Shown: piece by piece, positions 11,447 to 23,722 of the stretch
How positions within the stretch are numbered: the first letter of the stretch is position 1
Layout of the letters: every line of letters begins with the position of its first letter
DNA from: Isurus oxyrinchus
Lineage: Eukaryota
Reading direction: 5' to 3'
Length of the DNA: 64,000 nucleotides
Assembly (NCBI GenBank): GCA_026770705.1
Contig: JANJGN010000301.1
Coordinates: 186,001 to 250,000 of the forward strand
The notes under the pieces: model-generated
The model's database searches: none
Told to the model about the DNA's origin: nothing
Seen by the model: the letters and a program-made list of their open reading frames with translations, nothing else
Position numbers and translations under genes: made by a program

Positions 11447-12039
11447 GCCTTTTCGCTGTGAAAAGGAGTTCCAGTCTGTTGGGGCTTGTGTAGAATCGCA
11501 GCTGCAAGGCGCACCCATGCTGTCAGCAGCTCAAGCACACACCGAGAGGGAACCAAATTAACTTCGGATCAAACTGTCATCAACTGTTTCCAGGAGCGGC
11601 CGGAACACAAACTGTAGAATCCGATTCGACCAAGAGACCATCACAGAATCAGATTCGAAGACGCGCGTTCTAATCCCCACCCCCAATAATTTGCTTTCAT
11701 GTCTCAGGATGCTCTCTCTTCACTTTCTGTCTCCGTGGGCCTGGGCGATCCATCGGTCGTGAGCTGACTGACACTGACTAGAAACACCGCGAGCTGGACT
11801 ACAGTCAGTGGCCTAACAGGGGAATGGCTGCACTTGTGGAGATGAGGCTGGGTGGTTGGGAGGGGGGGGGGGGGGGGGGGGTGGGGGGCGTGGGGAGGGT
11901 GGTGTAATCCTCGTCTGTTCATTGTCGCCAGCAAACTCTGGATTGTTAATGGTGACAGAACACATTCCAGCATTAGGAAATATTCTAAAGATCATCTATA
12001 TCTGGGGTTTGCTTTAAAGATCACAGGCACTACCTTGTG

Positions 12040-12840
12040 AAATCTGTTCATTTTGTATAAATACTCTCTAAGTCAGCAACACGCCCTGCTTAAATGGGAA
12101 TATACTGAGAGGGGTAGATGAAGTGAGAAATATTGGCATACAAGCACACAGATCTCTGAAGGCAGCATTCAAGCAGACAAGGTTGTAAAGAAGGCGTATG
12201 GAATGCTCTCGTTCATTCGCAGAGGTATAGAATATAACGGTAAGGATATAATGTTGGAATTGTATAAAACACTGGTGAGGCCACAACTGGAGTATTGTGC
12301 GCAGTTTTGGTCACCACATTACAGAAAGGACGTAATAGATCTGGAGACAGTGCAGAGGAAGTTTACAAGAATGTTGCCATGGTTGGAAAAGTGTATCTAC
12401 GAGGAGAGATTGGATAGTTTGGGGTTATTTTCCTTAGAACAAAGAAGGCTGAGAGGTGACTTAACTGAGATGTACAAAATTATGAGGGGAATAGATAGAG
12501 TGGACAGGATAAAATTGTTTCCCTTGGTGGAGATTTCTAGAACCAGGGAACATAGATTCAAGATAAGTGGCAGAGGATGTAGGGGGGCATGAGGAAGAAC
12601 TTTTTTACGCAGATGGTAGTGGGTGTCTGGAATTCGCTGCCCAAGTTGGTGGTAGAAGCAGAAACTAAACTCTTTTTAAAAGTACCTGGATCTGCACCAT
12701 TAGTGCTGTAAGCTGCAGCGGTATGGGTCTGGTGCAGGAAGATGGGATTAGAAAGGGCACCTGGGTGTCCTCGGGCTGGCATGGACAAGAGGGGCCGAAT
12801 GTGCTCCTCTGTTGTAACTTTCCTATGGTTCTATGGTTCT
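12040..12840 (+). mobile_element. CR1 LINE 3' part
   Basis: ORF 12203-12592 LYKTLVRPQLEYCAQFWSPHYRKD...RRLRGDL; ttctatggttctatggttcta tail. Confidence 0.92.
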
Positions 12841-13149
12841 AAATGAAGTCCGTGAACAGGCTGCAGCCAAAGTATGTAGGACACTGAGAGGGGATGTGGG
12901 GAAAGGTTGATCAATATTACAGTCAGGCTCAGAAACTGCCGTAAAATACATTATGTAAATTGAAGTAAATAAACTTATAATGGTCGGTTATATTATAAGT
13001 GGAAATTTAAATCAAATAATATAATTCAGGCAAGGTTCCTAACCTCTTGTTGTTGAGTGTCGTGTTTTGTTGTGATCTTTCAGGAATGGCTCTGTGACTC
13101 TCAATGTAACAATGAATTGATTTAAATTGAATTGGATTTAAACTAAATT

Positions 13150-14130
13150 GGCAGGGAGATGGGATCCTGAAACGTAGTTCAACGGGGAGAGAAGCTGAGA
13201 TGGAATTAGAAGTTAAAACGCTAGTAAGTGAGTCTGGAAGGCAGAGAGATCATAGGCTAGATAAGATAGAAGAGAGTTTAGCCAGGCTAAATTGAATATA
13301 TTTTAATGCAGGGAACCTGAGGAATAAGACAGACGAGCTGAGGGCATAGACAGACACCTGGCAATATGATATCATAGTTATGACCGACACTTGGCTAAAA
13401 GAAGTGGAGGATTGGCAGCTCAACATTCCTGGTTATAGGGTATTCAGACAAGATCAAGAGGGGGATAGAAGAGAATGCTGGGCCGCAATACTGATCAAGA
13501 AATGAATTATAACAATGAAGAGAGATAATATCCTTGAAGGATCATCAAATGAGGCCAAATGGTTAAAACTGAAAAAACACAAAAGGGGCAAACACGCTGT
13601 TGGGTGTGTACTATAGGCCCCCAAATAGTTAGGGAGACATAGAGGATCAAATATTTAATCAAATTTCAGAGCTGTGTAAGAATAGTAAGACAGCAATAGT
13701 AGAGGATTTTTACTACTCAAATTTTAACTGGGAGAGTTTTGGTCTGCAAGTTAGGGAGGGAGCAAAATTCTTAAGTTGCATCCAGGAGAACATTTTTTAG
13801 GCAGTATGTAAAAAACCTAACAAGGAAAGGGGCAGTTCTGGACCTAATGTTCGGAAGTGAGCCCAGGCAGGTGGAAAGCGTATCAGTAGGGGAGCATTTT
13901 GGGGATAGTGACCATTGCTCAGTTAGATGTAGGATATATATGGAAAAGTGTAAGGTTGGGCCAGGAATAAAAGTTCTAAACTGGAGAAAGGCTGACTTTA
14001 CTAAGATGAGATATGATTTTGCCCAAGTGGACTGGAAGCAGCTATGAGCAGGGAAAACTGTGTCAGAGCATTGGGAATCCAATGGGGGAATAGCCGGAGT
14101 ACAGGGCAAATATGTTCCCGTAAAGAGAAC
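13150..14130 (+). mobile_element. CR1 LINE endonuclease (APE) region, degenerate
   Basis: DII...TWL, GVYYRPPN, AVLDL and GEHFGDSDH motifs. Confidence 0.85.
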
Positions 14131-14389
14131 TTGGAATATACACATGAAGACAGATCTGCCGATGGTGAATTTTCTTCTTGAAGGTTTAACATTGGTGTGT
14201 AAATGATTCCTTACAGCTGTTAGCACATTTGTTTGAAATACTTTAATGGCCCATGTAAATGTGCATCACCAAGTAATGTATTGCAATTTCATGAGTTCAA
14301 TTGTGACCTTTACTGACTTGCAAATCCACCAGGTCACTTTACGATATCCTTTGGTATCCGGAGGAAGGAACTGGACAGATCTGTTTTGT

Positions 14390-14820
14390 GCCAGAGAGAC
14401 AGGGTGAAGATTGAGTAGAATGGGCCTCTAGTCTCAGAGTTTCGGAGCATGAGAAGTGATCTCATCGAAATGTTTCAATTTCTTTGGGAACTCGACAAGC
14501 AGACACCGAGAAGATGTTTCTTCATCTAGATAGTGGGTAACTAAGGGTCATAGTTTCAGGATAAGGAATGTGGGTCTTGGATGATGAGAAATTTAAGAGT
14601 TACCGATTTTTGGACTCTCTATGCTAGCGGACTGTGGGCATTCAATTACTGAGCATATTCAAGTTTGAAGCTGATGGATTTTGGGGCACTAAGGGAGTTA
14701 GTGGATAAAGGGATGGAGCAGGATTGTGGCTTTGATATAGAAGTTCGGTCACGATTGTATTAAATGAAGTGCAGGCTGGAGGAATTGCTTGGCCCTCCCT
14801 ATTCCCATTTCTTATCTTCT
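14390..14820 (+). mobile_element. CR1 LINE 3' fragment
   Basis: Degenerate similarity to the other CR1 3' ends in the window. Confidence 0.65.
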
Positions 14821-15088
14821 TAAGGAGAAACCTCTAAAGGAGGGCGGGACATGATTGGAGGGGCTGGTCACACAAGCCTGGCGATCACAAACCGGCTGTG
14901 GATTTTACATCCAGTCCGATTTTCTTCACTTGACACGTCAGGGAAGCAGGATGCAAACTGGTGGCACGTTGTTTAGAGCCCGTTTTACACGGCTGTGCAA
15001 GACCAATTTCACCCGACAGGTCAGGGAGAAGAACACAGATAAAAATATACATTTTGATGATTAACCAAAACTCAGGCCTGTGACTTTC

Positions 15089-15996
15089 CTAGTTTACTAA
15101 CTTCACAATTAGATTCCAAGGATATTTTGCTGCATTTTTCAGCTCCTCTCTGAATTTTCTCTGGGTCACTGCATAAATACACGTGTTGGTGCAGCAGCTC
15201 AGGAGCTGAAGCATATTTCCACTTTCTTGGAGACTGAATTTGGGGTCATTGAAATTTGAACCTGTGAAATAAGGTTCGTTTGTAATTTTGATATACAGGA
15301 AATCTACAACGTACGTCATCCACAACAGGATGAAGCTTCCCGAGATGGTAAAGAGTAAAACAATTGACTTTCTCCGGTTCTTCATTTCTGGATCACTCTG
15401 CTTCTCTCCGCTGCTGTGAGTCCGGAGTCTCCTGCGGACTCGACTGGCCTCGAGGATGTGCCTGACGGTCAGAGCATTGAACCACAGAATCAGGAGGAAT
15501 GGCAAGCCCGGATTTAGAACTCGTGCAAACCAATCATAGGCTGTCCATGCGAGTGAAGTGTAGAAGCTTGATTTTACATGACAAAACCACGGTACATTGT
15601 TCATTATATAGAGTGGTTCATACATAAAGTACCAGGGAACACTTTTTAAAAAGCTTAACAGACAGACAGTTCCTATAACCACAGCCGCCATTCTCTCAGT
15701 GCAATAATTTGTTTTCAGCTTCTGGAAACAAATGGCTATGTATCGGTCAAAGGTGAAAGCAACGGTTAACCAAACAGAACTCTCCGTGGCTGCATAGATT
15801 AGCACAGTACTGAGAGTGCAGGCTGGAGTCATGGACATAAAACTAACGGGAACATAAATGCCAATGATCCGATTGAATATCACAGCGCTCACAACAACTA
15901 ATAGATCCGTCACTGCCATGGACACCAGGTACCGAGTGATGCATTTGGAGAGACCACACCTTCCTCGGGATAGGATCACAATTATCACCAAGTTAA
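15089..15996 (-). CDS. Exon 2 of a GPR139/GPR142-like class A GPCR
   Basis: Uninterrupted ORF with multiple hydrophobic helices, FTFDRYIAIC (DRY) and SCCTNTCIY (NPxxY variant); phase-1 acceptor ttcctctcag| at 15996. Confidence 0.93.
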
Positions 15997-16699
15997 CTGA
16001 GAGGAATAACAAAATTAACATTGTAAAGTTCAAGCAGGGACGTGAATGTTACAGGCTTCTGATACTTCATCCTCGTTTATAGAAGACAACCAAATTAATG
16101 ATTAATAGCTTTCCAATGTCATCTCTGTTTTAATATAAACAACATGGATAGGCTGCAGTTATATAGCACCTTTAACGTAAAAACGTGGCCCAAGCGTGTC
16201 ACAGGAGAGTGATACAGCAAAATTTAATATCCAACCGCATAAGGAGATATTATGCCAAATGACGAAAAAGAATGAGAATGATATAGGTTTAAGGGACGAT
16301 TTAAGGAAGAGAGTGCAGTAGAGAGGCGGAATGTTTTAGGGAGTGAATTTAAGAGGGCTTAGGACATAACAGCTGAAGGCCTTGAGGTTACTTGTAATAT
16401 TTGGCACTCAGCTTTTGGATATTGCATCATGTTACAGGGCATTTCCTCTAAATACAGTAGACATATTATCTTTCTGTTGTTGAAATGTACACTGTGACAT
16501 TGTTTAAATTGGCTCGTTAGGATTCCACGGGAGGATGTTTAGGAAGCAGGATATGTCGGGTATATGCAATTGGAGAAGCACCAAACGATTTATATCTGAA
16601 ATACTGCTAGTTTGGAGGCGACATGTCTACGTTTCTACAGTTCCCATTCTGCGGAGGTGTGATGTTTATTGCCCGATGGTGAAAGGCGAAATAACTTCG

Positions 16700-17110
16700 G
16701 CTTATATTTTCAGGGATTTAGAAGAATGGGAAGTAATCTCATGGAAACATGCACTATTCTCAAGGGCTTGACGGGATAGACATGCGGAGGGTTTTCCCGC
16801 TGACTGGAAGATCTAAAGCCTCCGGGAACAGCCCCGGGATAAGAGAGCGATCATTTCGGATGGAGATCAGCAGAAATTTCTTCACTCAAAAGTTTGTGCA
16901 TTTCTGGAATTCTATACCCAGAGGTCTGTGGATATTTCATTGTTGAGAAGATTTCAGACTTGGATAGACAGATTGTTGGCGTCTCTGGGAATCAGATGGT
17001 ATGTGGACCCAGCGGAAAGTGGATTGAAGACCAGGATCAGCCATGATTTAATTTAACAGAGGAGCTGGCTCAGCGTGCTGCATGGTCTTCTGCTGCTTCT
17101 ATCGCTGGTG
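16700..17110 (+). mobile_element. CR1 LINE 3' fragment in the GPCR intron
   Basis: GLDGIDMRRVFPL...RNFFTQ...WNS. Confidence 0.8.
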
Positions 17111-17959
17111 TTCTTGTATACAAACTTGTCTGATCTTCCAGAAAGACATCAATCACACCACAGCGAGAATGGAGCGCACGTGGTGCCATATGTAAATCTG
17201 CAGCTGAAAGAGCAAATGACCACGTATATATAGCACGACAATGATCACCTCCCAGGTCATCACACGTCGTCCATCTGGATATGTAAACCAGATAACTTTC
17301 AGTAATTTTTTGGTACTCAGTGCTGAGCACCCCACTGGATTGGATTATGTATCTCAGATCCCGGTGGCTATGCTACCTGTAAGCGTGGATGCATGACATA
17401 CTTTAACATTCCGATGGCATTAATCAAATCAACAAATTGCTGGTGTCCAAGGTGATATAATTTGGATTAATAAAATAAAGATGAGGCGATTTTCATGAAT
17501 ACCACTTGCCTTTAGAGGGCCTCAAAATGGGAGCGATAATTATCAGGCCCTGTGACACCAATGAAGAAGCGGGACTGAAGTTCGGACCCAGAGCAATCGT
17601 TGTTTAAAATAGTTAAAAGCCTTTAATCTGCACCCCTCGGTGTAACCAGAATCATGTCCGTAGTTCTTCTCCCACTCTTCACGCCCATTGACCAAAAGGC
17701 AATTCAATACCCCAAAGGAGGCAAACAAAATATTGTCGCTGAAATTCTTCTTTGGGACAATGCACAATGATTGAAGTAAAAATCCGGCATGGTTTTAATT
17801 TTGCTTGGAACCTCTCTCACTCTGAGGTACAGGAAAAACGAATTTTATCTCCAACATTTGTCTTCACTCCCAGGTGAATTCTGACGTTTGAGCGGCTGAA
17901 GTATGGAGCGTGCCGATCTGTGCCCTGTAATCGCAATGAATAGATGATTAGTATAGTGG

Positions 17960-18190
17960 CTATTCCACTAAACTATTAATTCAATAGCCTTGGACGAATA
18001 TTTCAGGGACGTACAAACAAACGAATCAGGAGCAGACTCAGGCCATTCAGCCAATCTAGCCTTCTTCGCCATTCAATAAGATCATGGATGATCTCATTAC
18101 GGCCTCAATGCCACATTCCCACCTGCCCCCGATATCCTTTGACTCCAATGGGCAACAACCGTTTTTGGTTGAAGATAGAATAATCTTTCT
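17960..18190. repeat. Local duplication, copy 1 (copy 2 at ~19525-19750), including a minus-strand CR1 3' end
   Basis: ccactaaactattaattcaatagccttgg...acgaatcaggagcaga...ggcaa/ggaaccgttttt present in both copies. Confidence 0.8.
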
Positions 18191-20380
18191 GATTAACACC
18201 AGTCTAGAGATCCTCAGGGCATCAAACGGATATCCCAATGCAGATCACCGATTTTATGCCTCCCCAATATCGGGAACGTTTGGTTCTATGTGAATTTCCT
18301 ATTCACCACGTTTCATCTCCCACTGAGCGGAATGCAAATTTTGCAGCCTATTGGTATATATGTAAGCGTTGTCTGTCACTAAAACCTTATCATGTTCATT
18401 TAGAGCTACACATAATGACAGAAACATAGAACTTGCCCATTGTTCATATACACGCAGGTAGCTGCTCAGATGTATGTCTGTTCCAGTGGTGCACGGCTCG
18501 GCACAATGCCTGATTCTCAAGTTAACAGCAGCTTCGACTTACTTTCCAGCTTTCCGGGTGTAGGGTAAGCGCTCTAGCCCCTCCTACACCCTGGCCCTTT
18601 TTATTCATTCATTCATTCACTCGATTTCGGCGACTTAGGAGCAACAGCGTCTATTGTCCATCACTAACTGCCTTTCAGAGGGTGATGGCCAGCCGCCACC
18701 TACCGATTGAATGGTTTTCTGGGTCATGTAAGAAGGCGGTTAATGTTCAACCACATTGTTGTGGATCTGGAATCATATCTGAGCCGGAGTAGATGTCCTT
18801 CCCTGAAGGACGTTGGTGAACCGGGTAGAGTTTATTGCGATGATCTTGTAGTTGCCTGATCACTATTTCTGGTACTTCAACTTTACTCGAGTTATTTATT
18901 ATCTCCATTTAAATTAATTAGTAGAATTAGAATTGGAACTCATGTCATTGGCTCAGGCCTCTGGATCATTAATCCAGTGACGTAAGCATGATCTTCCGCT
19001 CGCGGAACATAACCTGGTTGGCATGAAAGGTCTGTGTTAAGTTGTACATTCCTTTGCTGAGCCACAACGATTTTTCTGCAAACACGTCTGATGTCGGTTA
19101 TCTACCGGGGATTTTGTCATGTATGAAACAACACAACAGCATTTCCTTCCTCGCTCAACCAGCTCTGGCCAGAGAAAAATGTTTCAGAACATAGAGTAGC
19201 AAAGCCATTAGAACAAAGTAGCGGTGCCTCAGTAAGAGACGTTACAAAAAGTAAATATTCACCTGGTTTTCTCATGAAAGCGTTAACTTACTCTGTACGT
19301 ATAATGATTGACTTTGTAATTAAAAACATTTGACACCAGTGATTATTTTGATCAGATCTCCGCATTGATTTTTAAACTGCATTTAGTTCATAACTTCATG
19401 GCTTTCGTTATAAAAGCATACCCACAAAGAGACAAATTAAAGGGCAATTTTAGCGCAGAATGGGAAATAGTGATTGATTGGCATAACGTAAAGGAGCCCA
19501 AACTCAAAGGGAAGATAACTATATTGACTATGCCACTAAACTATTAATTCAATAGCCTTGGGCGAGCATTTCAAGGAAATACAAACATACGAATCAGGAG
19601 CAGAGACAGGCCATTCGGTCCCTCTAGCCTGCTTCGTTATTCAATAAGATTATGGCTAGCCTGAGCATGGCCACAGCTCCACATTCCCACCTGCACCCGA
19701 TACCTTTTGACTTCCATGGGGCAGGAACCGTTTTTAGGTTGGATCGAATGAGCTGACAGTTTTACACTTGGTCCGATTTCCAAGCCTCCAATGTCAATGG
19801 GACAGAGGACTGCATCGAGGGTAAAACTGGCTTGCATAACAGCTCAAGGCCAATTTCACCCCTCAACCATTTCAAGCAGGTGAAGCTTAACTTCAGGCGC
19901 AAATGTGAAATGGCTATTAATGAACCTGCAGCTCATTCCACATCACTCCAGAATTGTAATTCACCTGAAAACAATGGAACCATAATTCAAGGCAGATATA
20001 ACAACGGCAATTGCTATTTTTAGACTAACACAAAATCAAAATCTACCCAAAGTTGGTATCACTGGATATGTATTCTCCAGTTATTCACTTGTAGAAGAAT
20101 ATCCGTGAACTATAGATTTCGAAAAGGTTACCAGAATATTACTTTTTAGAAGTCAATCTAGCAACCTGCGCAGCCTCAGCATGGGATGGTGTAAAGGAAT
20201 AGATGCAGAATTTTGGGTTTTTCAGAGACTTAATTATTAATGCTTGAATTTAAAACAAAGAAATATTAAAACGGTGGAAAGTTTATATATCCCTGAAAAA
20301 ATGAGTTTAAAGAAATGCCTGAAGATGACTATATCACAATTTTTAATTGTCATTGACAGAACCAGCTTCATAAAACAGTG

Positions 20381-20752
20381 ATAAAAACAAAAAACTGCGG
20401 AGGCTGGAAATCCAAAACAAAAACAAAATAACCTGGAAAATATCAGCAGGTCTGGCAGCATCGGCGGAGAAGAATAAAGTTGATGTTTTGTGTCCTCATG
20501 ACCCTTCAACAGAACTGAGCAAAATTAGGAGAGGGGTGAAATAGAAGCTGGTTTAAGGTGGGGTTGGGGTGGGGGGAGAGAAATGTGGAGTGTGGTTGTA
20601 GGGACAAGCAAGCAGTGAACAAGACAAAAGAGAGATACGGAAATCTTGTTGGAGAGAAGAGCCGTACTTCTTCAAGATAGGTATTTCTTGAAGTGAAGTG
20701 GCAGTCAATTAAACACAGAGATAAAAACAAAACACTGCGGATGCTGGAAATC
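20381..20752. mobile_element. Penelope-like non-autonomous element with terminal direct repeats and 12-bp TSD
   Basis: TSD CATAAAACAGTG at 20369-20380 and 20753-20764; ataaaaacaaaa.actgcgga.gctggaaatcc at both ends. Confidence 0.75.
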
Positions 20753-20799
20753 CATAAAACAGTGCTTTGTCCAATTGATGGTTTAGCCCAAAGACTTAC

Positions 20800-20869
20800 C
20801 CGGAACTCCAATAGCAGCAAGAATTGGATAGTAAATGGCATAAACTACACCAGATATTCGGCCGTGCAT
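20800..20869 (-). CDS. Exon 1 of the GPR139/GPR142-like GPCR (not in the ORF track)
   Basis: ATG...MHGRISGVVYAIYYPILAAIGVP, then G|gtaagt. The phase-1 donor joins exon 2 in frame (G|TT = V, then NLVIIVILSRG), giving 325 aa. Confidence 0.92.
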
Positions 20870-22599
20870 TTTCTATGAGAAGAGATGTTCTCTGCCGGTG
20901 ATAGTTGATGACAGAGATTCTCTGTGATAAGCTCAAATAAACCCTTATTTATACTGTTGGAATTCTACAGAGAGACAATTACCTTCCATAATTATTTACA
21001 GTTACCCGAACAAATAAATTCAGCAATTGTTTTTCATGTTATTTTTGGGAGGTGGTTGAATGTTGGGAGACACTTGGGAGACGATTATCGAGCCTTGATG
21101 CCTCATGCAGCCCAGTGTAGTTTTGAATGCAACTTGTTAGTGCTTGCGCAGATCTAAAGTACACTTAGTCATGTGGAACGTTCATTTATGGGAGACACTG
21201 AAAGAAACATTGATAGCTATCAGGTCGAAGCCAGCACAGCTCAGTTACATGAGACCAGGTATGAATCAGAATGACAGTGAAAGTTAAATGCTGCCGAATG
21301 TACTGACATGATAGAAGTTAGACTCACACACAACACATAATATCCTCAGAAATTGCAAGTTATACCCACACAATGCAAGTTATATCCACACAATGCAAGT
21401 TATGCCAGCAGTAGCCAACGAATATCCACACAACACAAAGCATAATCTCACAACAACAATGCGCATTTGCACAGGTTTAACATGTATTATAACATTTTAA
21501 AACATTTTAAATGTTACCAAGCGCCTCACAAGGGCACAATAAAACAAAATTGGGATTAAGTCACATAAGGAAATATTAAGATATTTTTGTACCAGTCCTA
21601 GGCTCCTTGGTTATGATGTTTGGCTCTTTCTCTGTGAATGTTTTAATGGATCCCCATTATTTTACACGTCCTTTTTGAGTATTACACTAGGCTCTGTCTC
21701 TGTTAGCATTCATCCTAACTTTGTTGTATTCCCAAGTCCATATGCTGTGTTTTAAGAGGATACAGCAATAAACAAGATCCAGATCGTGTTTCTTACAACA
21801 ACATTGCATTGGATTGATGGCATGTACTCCTCGAAAACTACTGTTTCTACATTATGTGTTGACTGTACGAAATCATTGTTGTTATTAAAAATGAACAATT
21901 GATGTTCAGCCAACTGACTGAATCAATGCATTAAAAAGTGTCACTTTCTTCCGATCCATATTTCAACCACTAATCACCCCTCCTAAATACGAAACTTAGC
22001 CAAACAACTCGAGCGCTGCAGAGCCCCTTTAAGAACTGCGGTTTTACCCCTCTTCCATGTACCGGGTCAAAAGTTACACGATTTACAAGCTGGAAATTTT
22101 AATGCTGGGCGGAGCCTGAAAATACACAGTCACCTCCTGACACCGGATCAGGGGAGAAAGAGCTAATCACCGTGCTGTTATCCTGCTGACAATATTTTGC
22201 CCTGAGCCATTGAAAACCGGAGGCCAGGTTTCTGTGACACACAGTCGGCCTTGTATGTGTGTGTGATACAGCAGGCTGTGCATATCTCACGTGAATGCGG
22301 GGAAAAAGGCTTGATTTATATGAAAAGTGACTTCAATGTAAACATTCGGTTTTAGTGGACAAAAGCGATGGTTTGAACAGCCGCGAATTTGCGGACAATT
22401 CTCGCAGAGTGCCACCTGCACTCCCTGTGCCACAGATAGGGCTCCTTCCCAGCCGCACAGAACTGTTGGAGCCGCTTCCTTCCACGGCCCATTTACCAAG
22501 GAAGAGAATCGAAAACCAGCCTCCTGCTCTTCTCTACCCTCCCACCTATAGAAACAGTTTGTTTTGATCAACTGAGCCCAAGGCTACATGATTTTGAGC

Positions 22600-22930
22600 A
22601 CGTCTATGTGATCTATCCTGAACATTCCATTCTCCATGGAGAACAAGCCCAGTTTCCCCAATCTATCCAATTAACTGAAGTTCTGCATCCCTGGGATGAC
22701 TCTAGTAATCTTACATGCGCCCTCTCTAAACCATTCACATCCCTCCTAAAGTGCGATGCCCGGAAGTGGACACAATGTTCCAGTTGAGGGCGAACCAGTG
22801 ATTTCCAGGGGAACAGTAGTATTCCCTTGCTTTTAGACTCTATGCCGCTGTTATGATGTCGATAATCCCTAATGTTTTAGTACCACTTTCTCAGGCTGTC
22901 AGGCCACCTTCAATCATTTATGCCCATAAA
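22600..22930 (-). mobile_element. CR1 LINE fragment
   Basis: Reverse complement encodes LVRPQLEHCVHFR-like sequence. Confidence 0.7.
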
Positions 22931-23204
22931 GTGCATATCGCTTGTTGAAGAATGGATAATTGAATGAATTATTTTAGCGGGAGTATTGTAGGCGGCTCGA
23001 AGTATAAAAACATTAAAGGCTCTGCAGAGCCAGAAAGAACGTGCGACCTTGATGTGTTTAACGGTTTTATTCTGTGACACAAAATTATAAGGTCAATTGA
23101 AAATACATTCGTGGAGTGATTCCCTAGCCCCATCCCTCTTATGTGTGTGTATGTAGGTTTGCGTGTGTGTGTGTATGCTCCTTTCAACGTAAACCCGAAA
23201 ATGG

Positions 23205-23417
23205 GCAATTATTTGACTTCTTTCCGTGCCTTGTATCACTGTGTGTCTGTAATCCCACCATGTTCAGCTTTTTGTATAACTCTTTCCGTGCTCTTTATCA
23301 CTGTGTGTCTGTTACCCCACCATGTTCAGGTTTTTGTACAGCGCCCTCCGGTTTCTGTGTCACTCTGCACCATGTTCAGGTTTTTGTACGGTTCTCTCCG
23401 TGCTCCGTATCACTGTG
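23205..23417 (-). repeat. Tandem array of four RSS copies after the supporting V
   Basis: RSS1 CACAGTG(23417-23411)-23-ACAAAAACC; RSS2 CAGAGTG(23367-23361)-23-ACAAAAACC; RSS3 CACAGTG(23305-23299)-23-ACAAAAAGC; RSS4 CACAGTG(23243-23237) with degenerate nonamer. Units are linked by tgaacatggtg. Confidence 0.9.
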
Positions 23418-23722
23418 CTGTGCGCCGACTCAGTTCACAGTAATAAACAGCGGAGTCGCTCAGTTGCAGTTTGGAGATCTTTAACCGGCTGATTTTCTCG
23501 GAAGAATCGATAGAAGCAGAAATTCTTTCCCTGCAGCGTTTTCTTCATTCTCTTCTCCTGAAGTGTATCTCTGAAGAAGATATTCCGGAGCCTGTCCTGG
23601 GGACTGACGATACCAGTGTACTGTGTGCTGACAGATACCTGAATACCCACAGCTTAAAGTAACGCTGTCACTAGCAGCAGACGTTTGTAGAGGCGAAATC
23701 CGGGAAATCATGGAACTGGAAT
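23418..23722 (-). pseudogene. NAR-TCR-supporting TCR delta V exon (leaderless, CDR1 Cys) with a 1-nt frameshift
   Basis: Acceptor ttttatcctatag|, then DSSSMISRISPLQTSAASDSVTLSCGYSGICQHTVHWYRQSPGQAPEYLLQRYTSGEENEENAAG, frameshift at ~23528, RISASIDSSEKISRLKISKLQLSDSAVYYCELSRRT. No leader exon seen upstream; phase matches the upstream J. Confidence 0.93.

Noticed and set aside
11706-11765. Leader-like ATG...gtgag
   Set aside because: Weak signal peptide and no V exon downstream (a CR1 follows)
15997-16033. N-terminus MNFTMLILLFLS of the 314-aa GPCR ORF
   Set aside because: It is intron (polypyrimidine tract plus AG); the true start is exon 1 at 20869
17153-17335. ORF ending ILAVV as a candidate GPCR exon 1
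   Set aside because: Ends in a stop with no phase-1 donor; a much better exon exists at 20800-20869
22227-22265. Minus-strand CACACAC-23-ACAGAAACC RSS-like signal
   Set aside because: The heptamer is part of a CA run and no V-like coding sequence precedes it; at most a cryptic RSS
23205-23417. CRISPR-like repeat/spacer appearance (also in the satellite)
   Set aside because: Eukaryotic context, no cas genes; the units are RSS duplicates or satellite monomers without unique spacers
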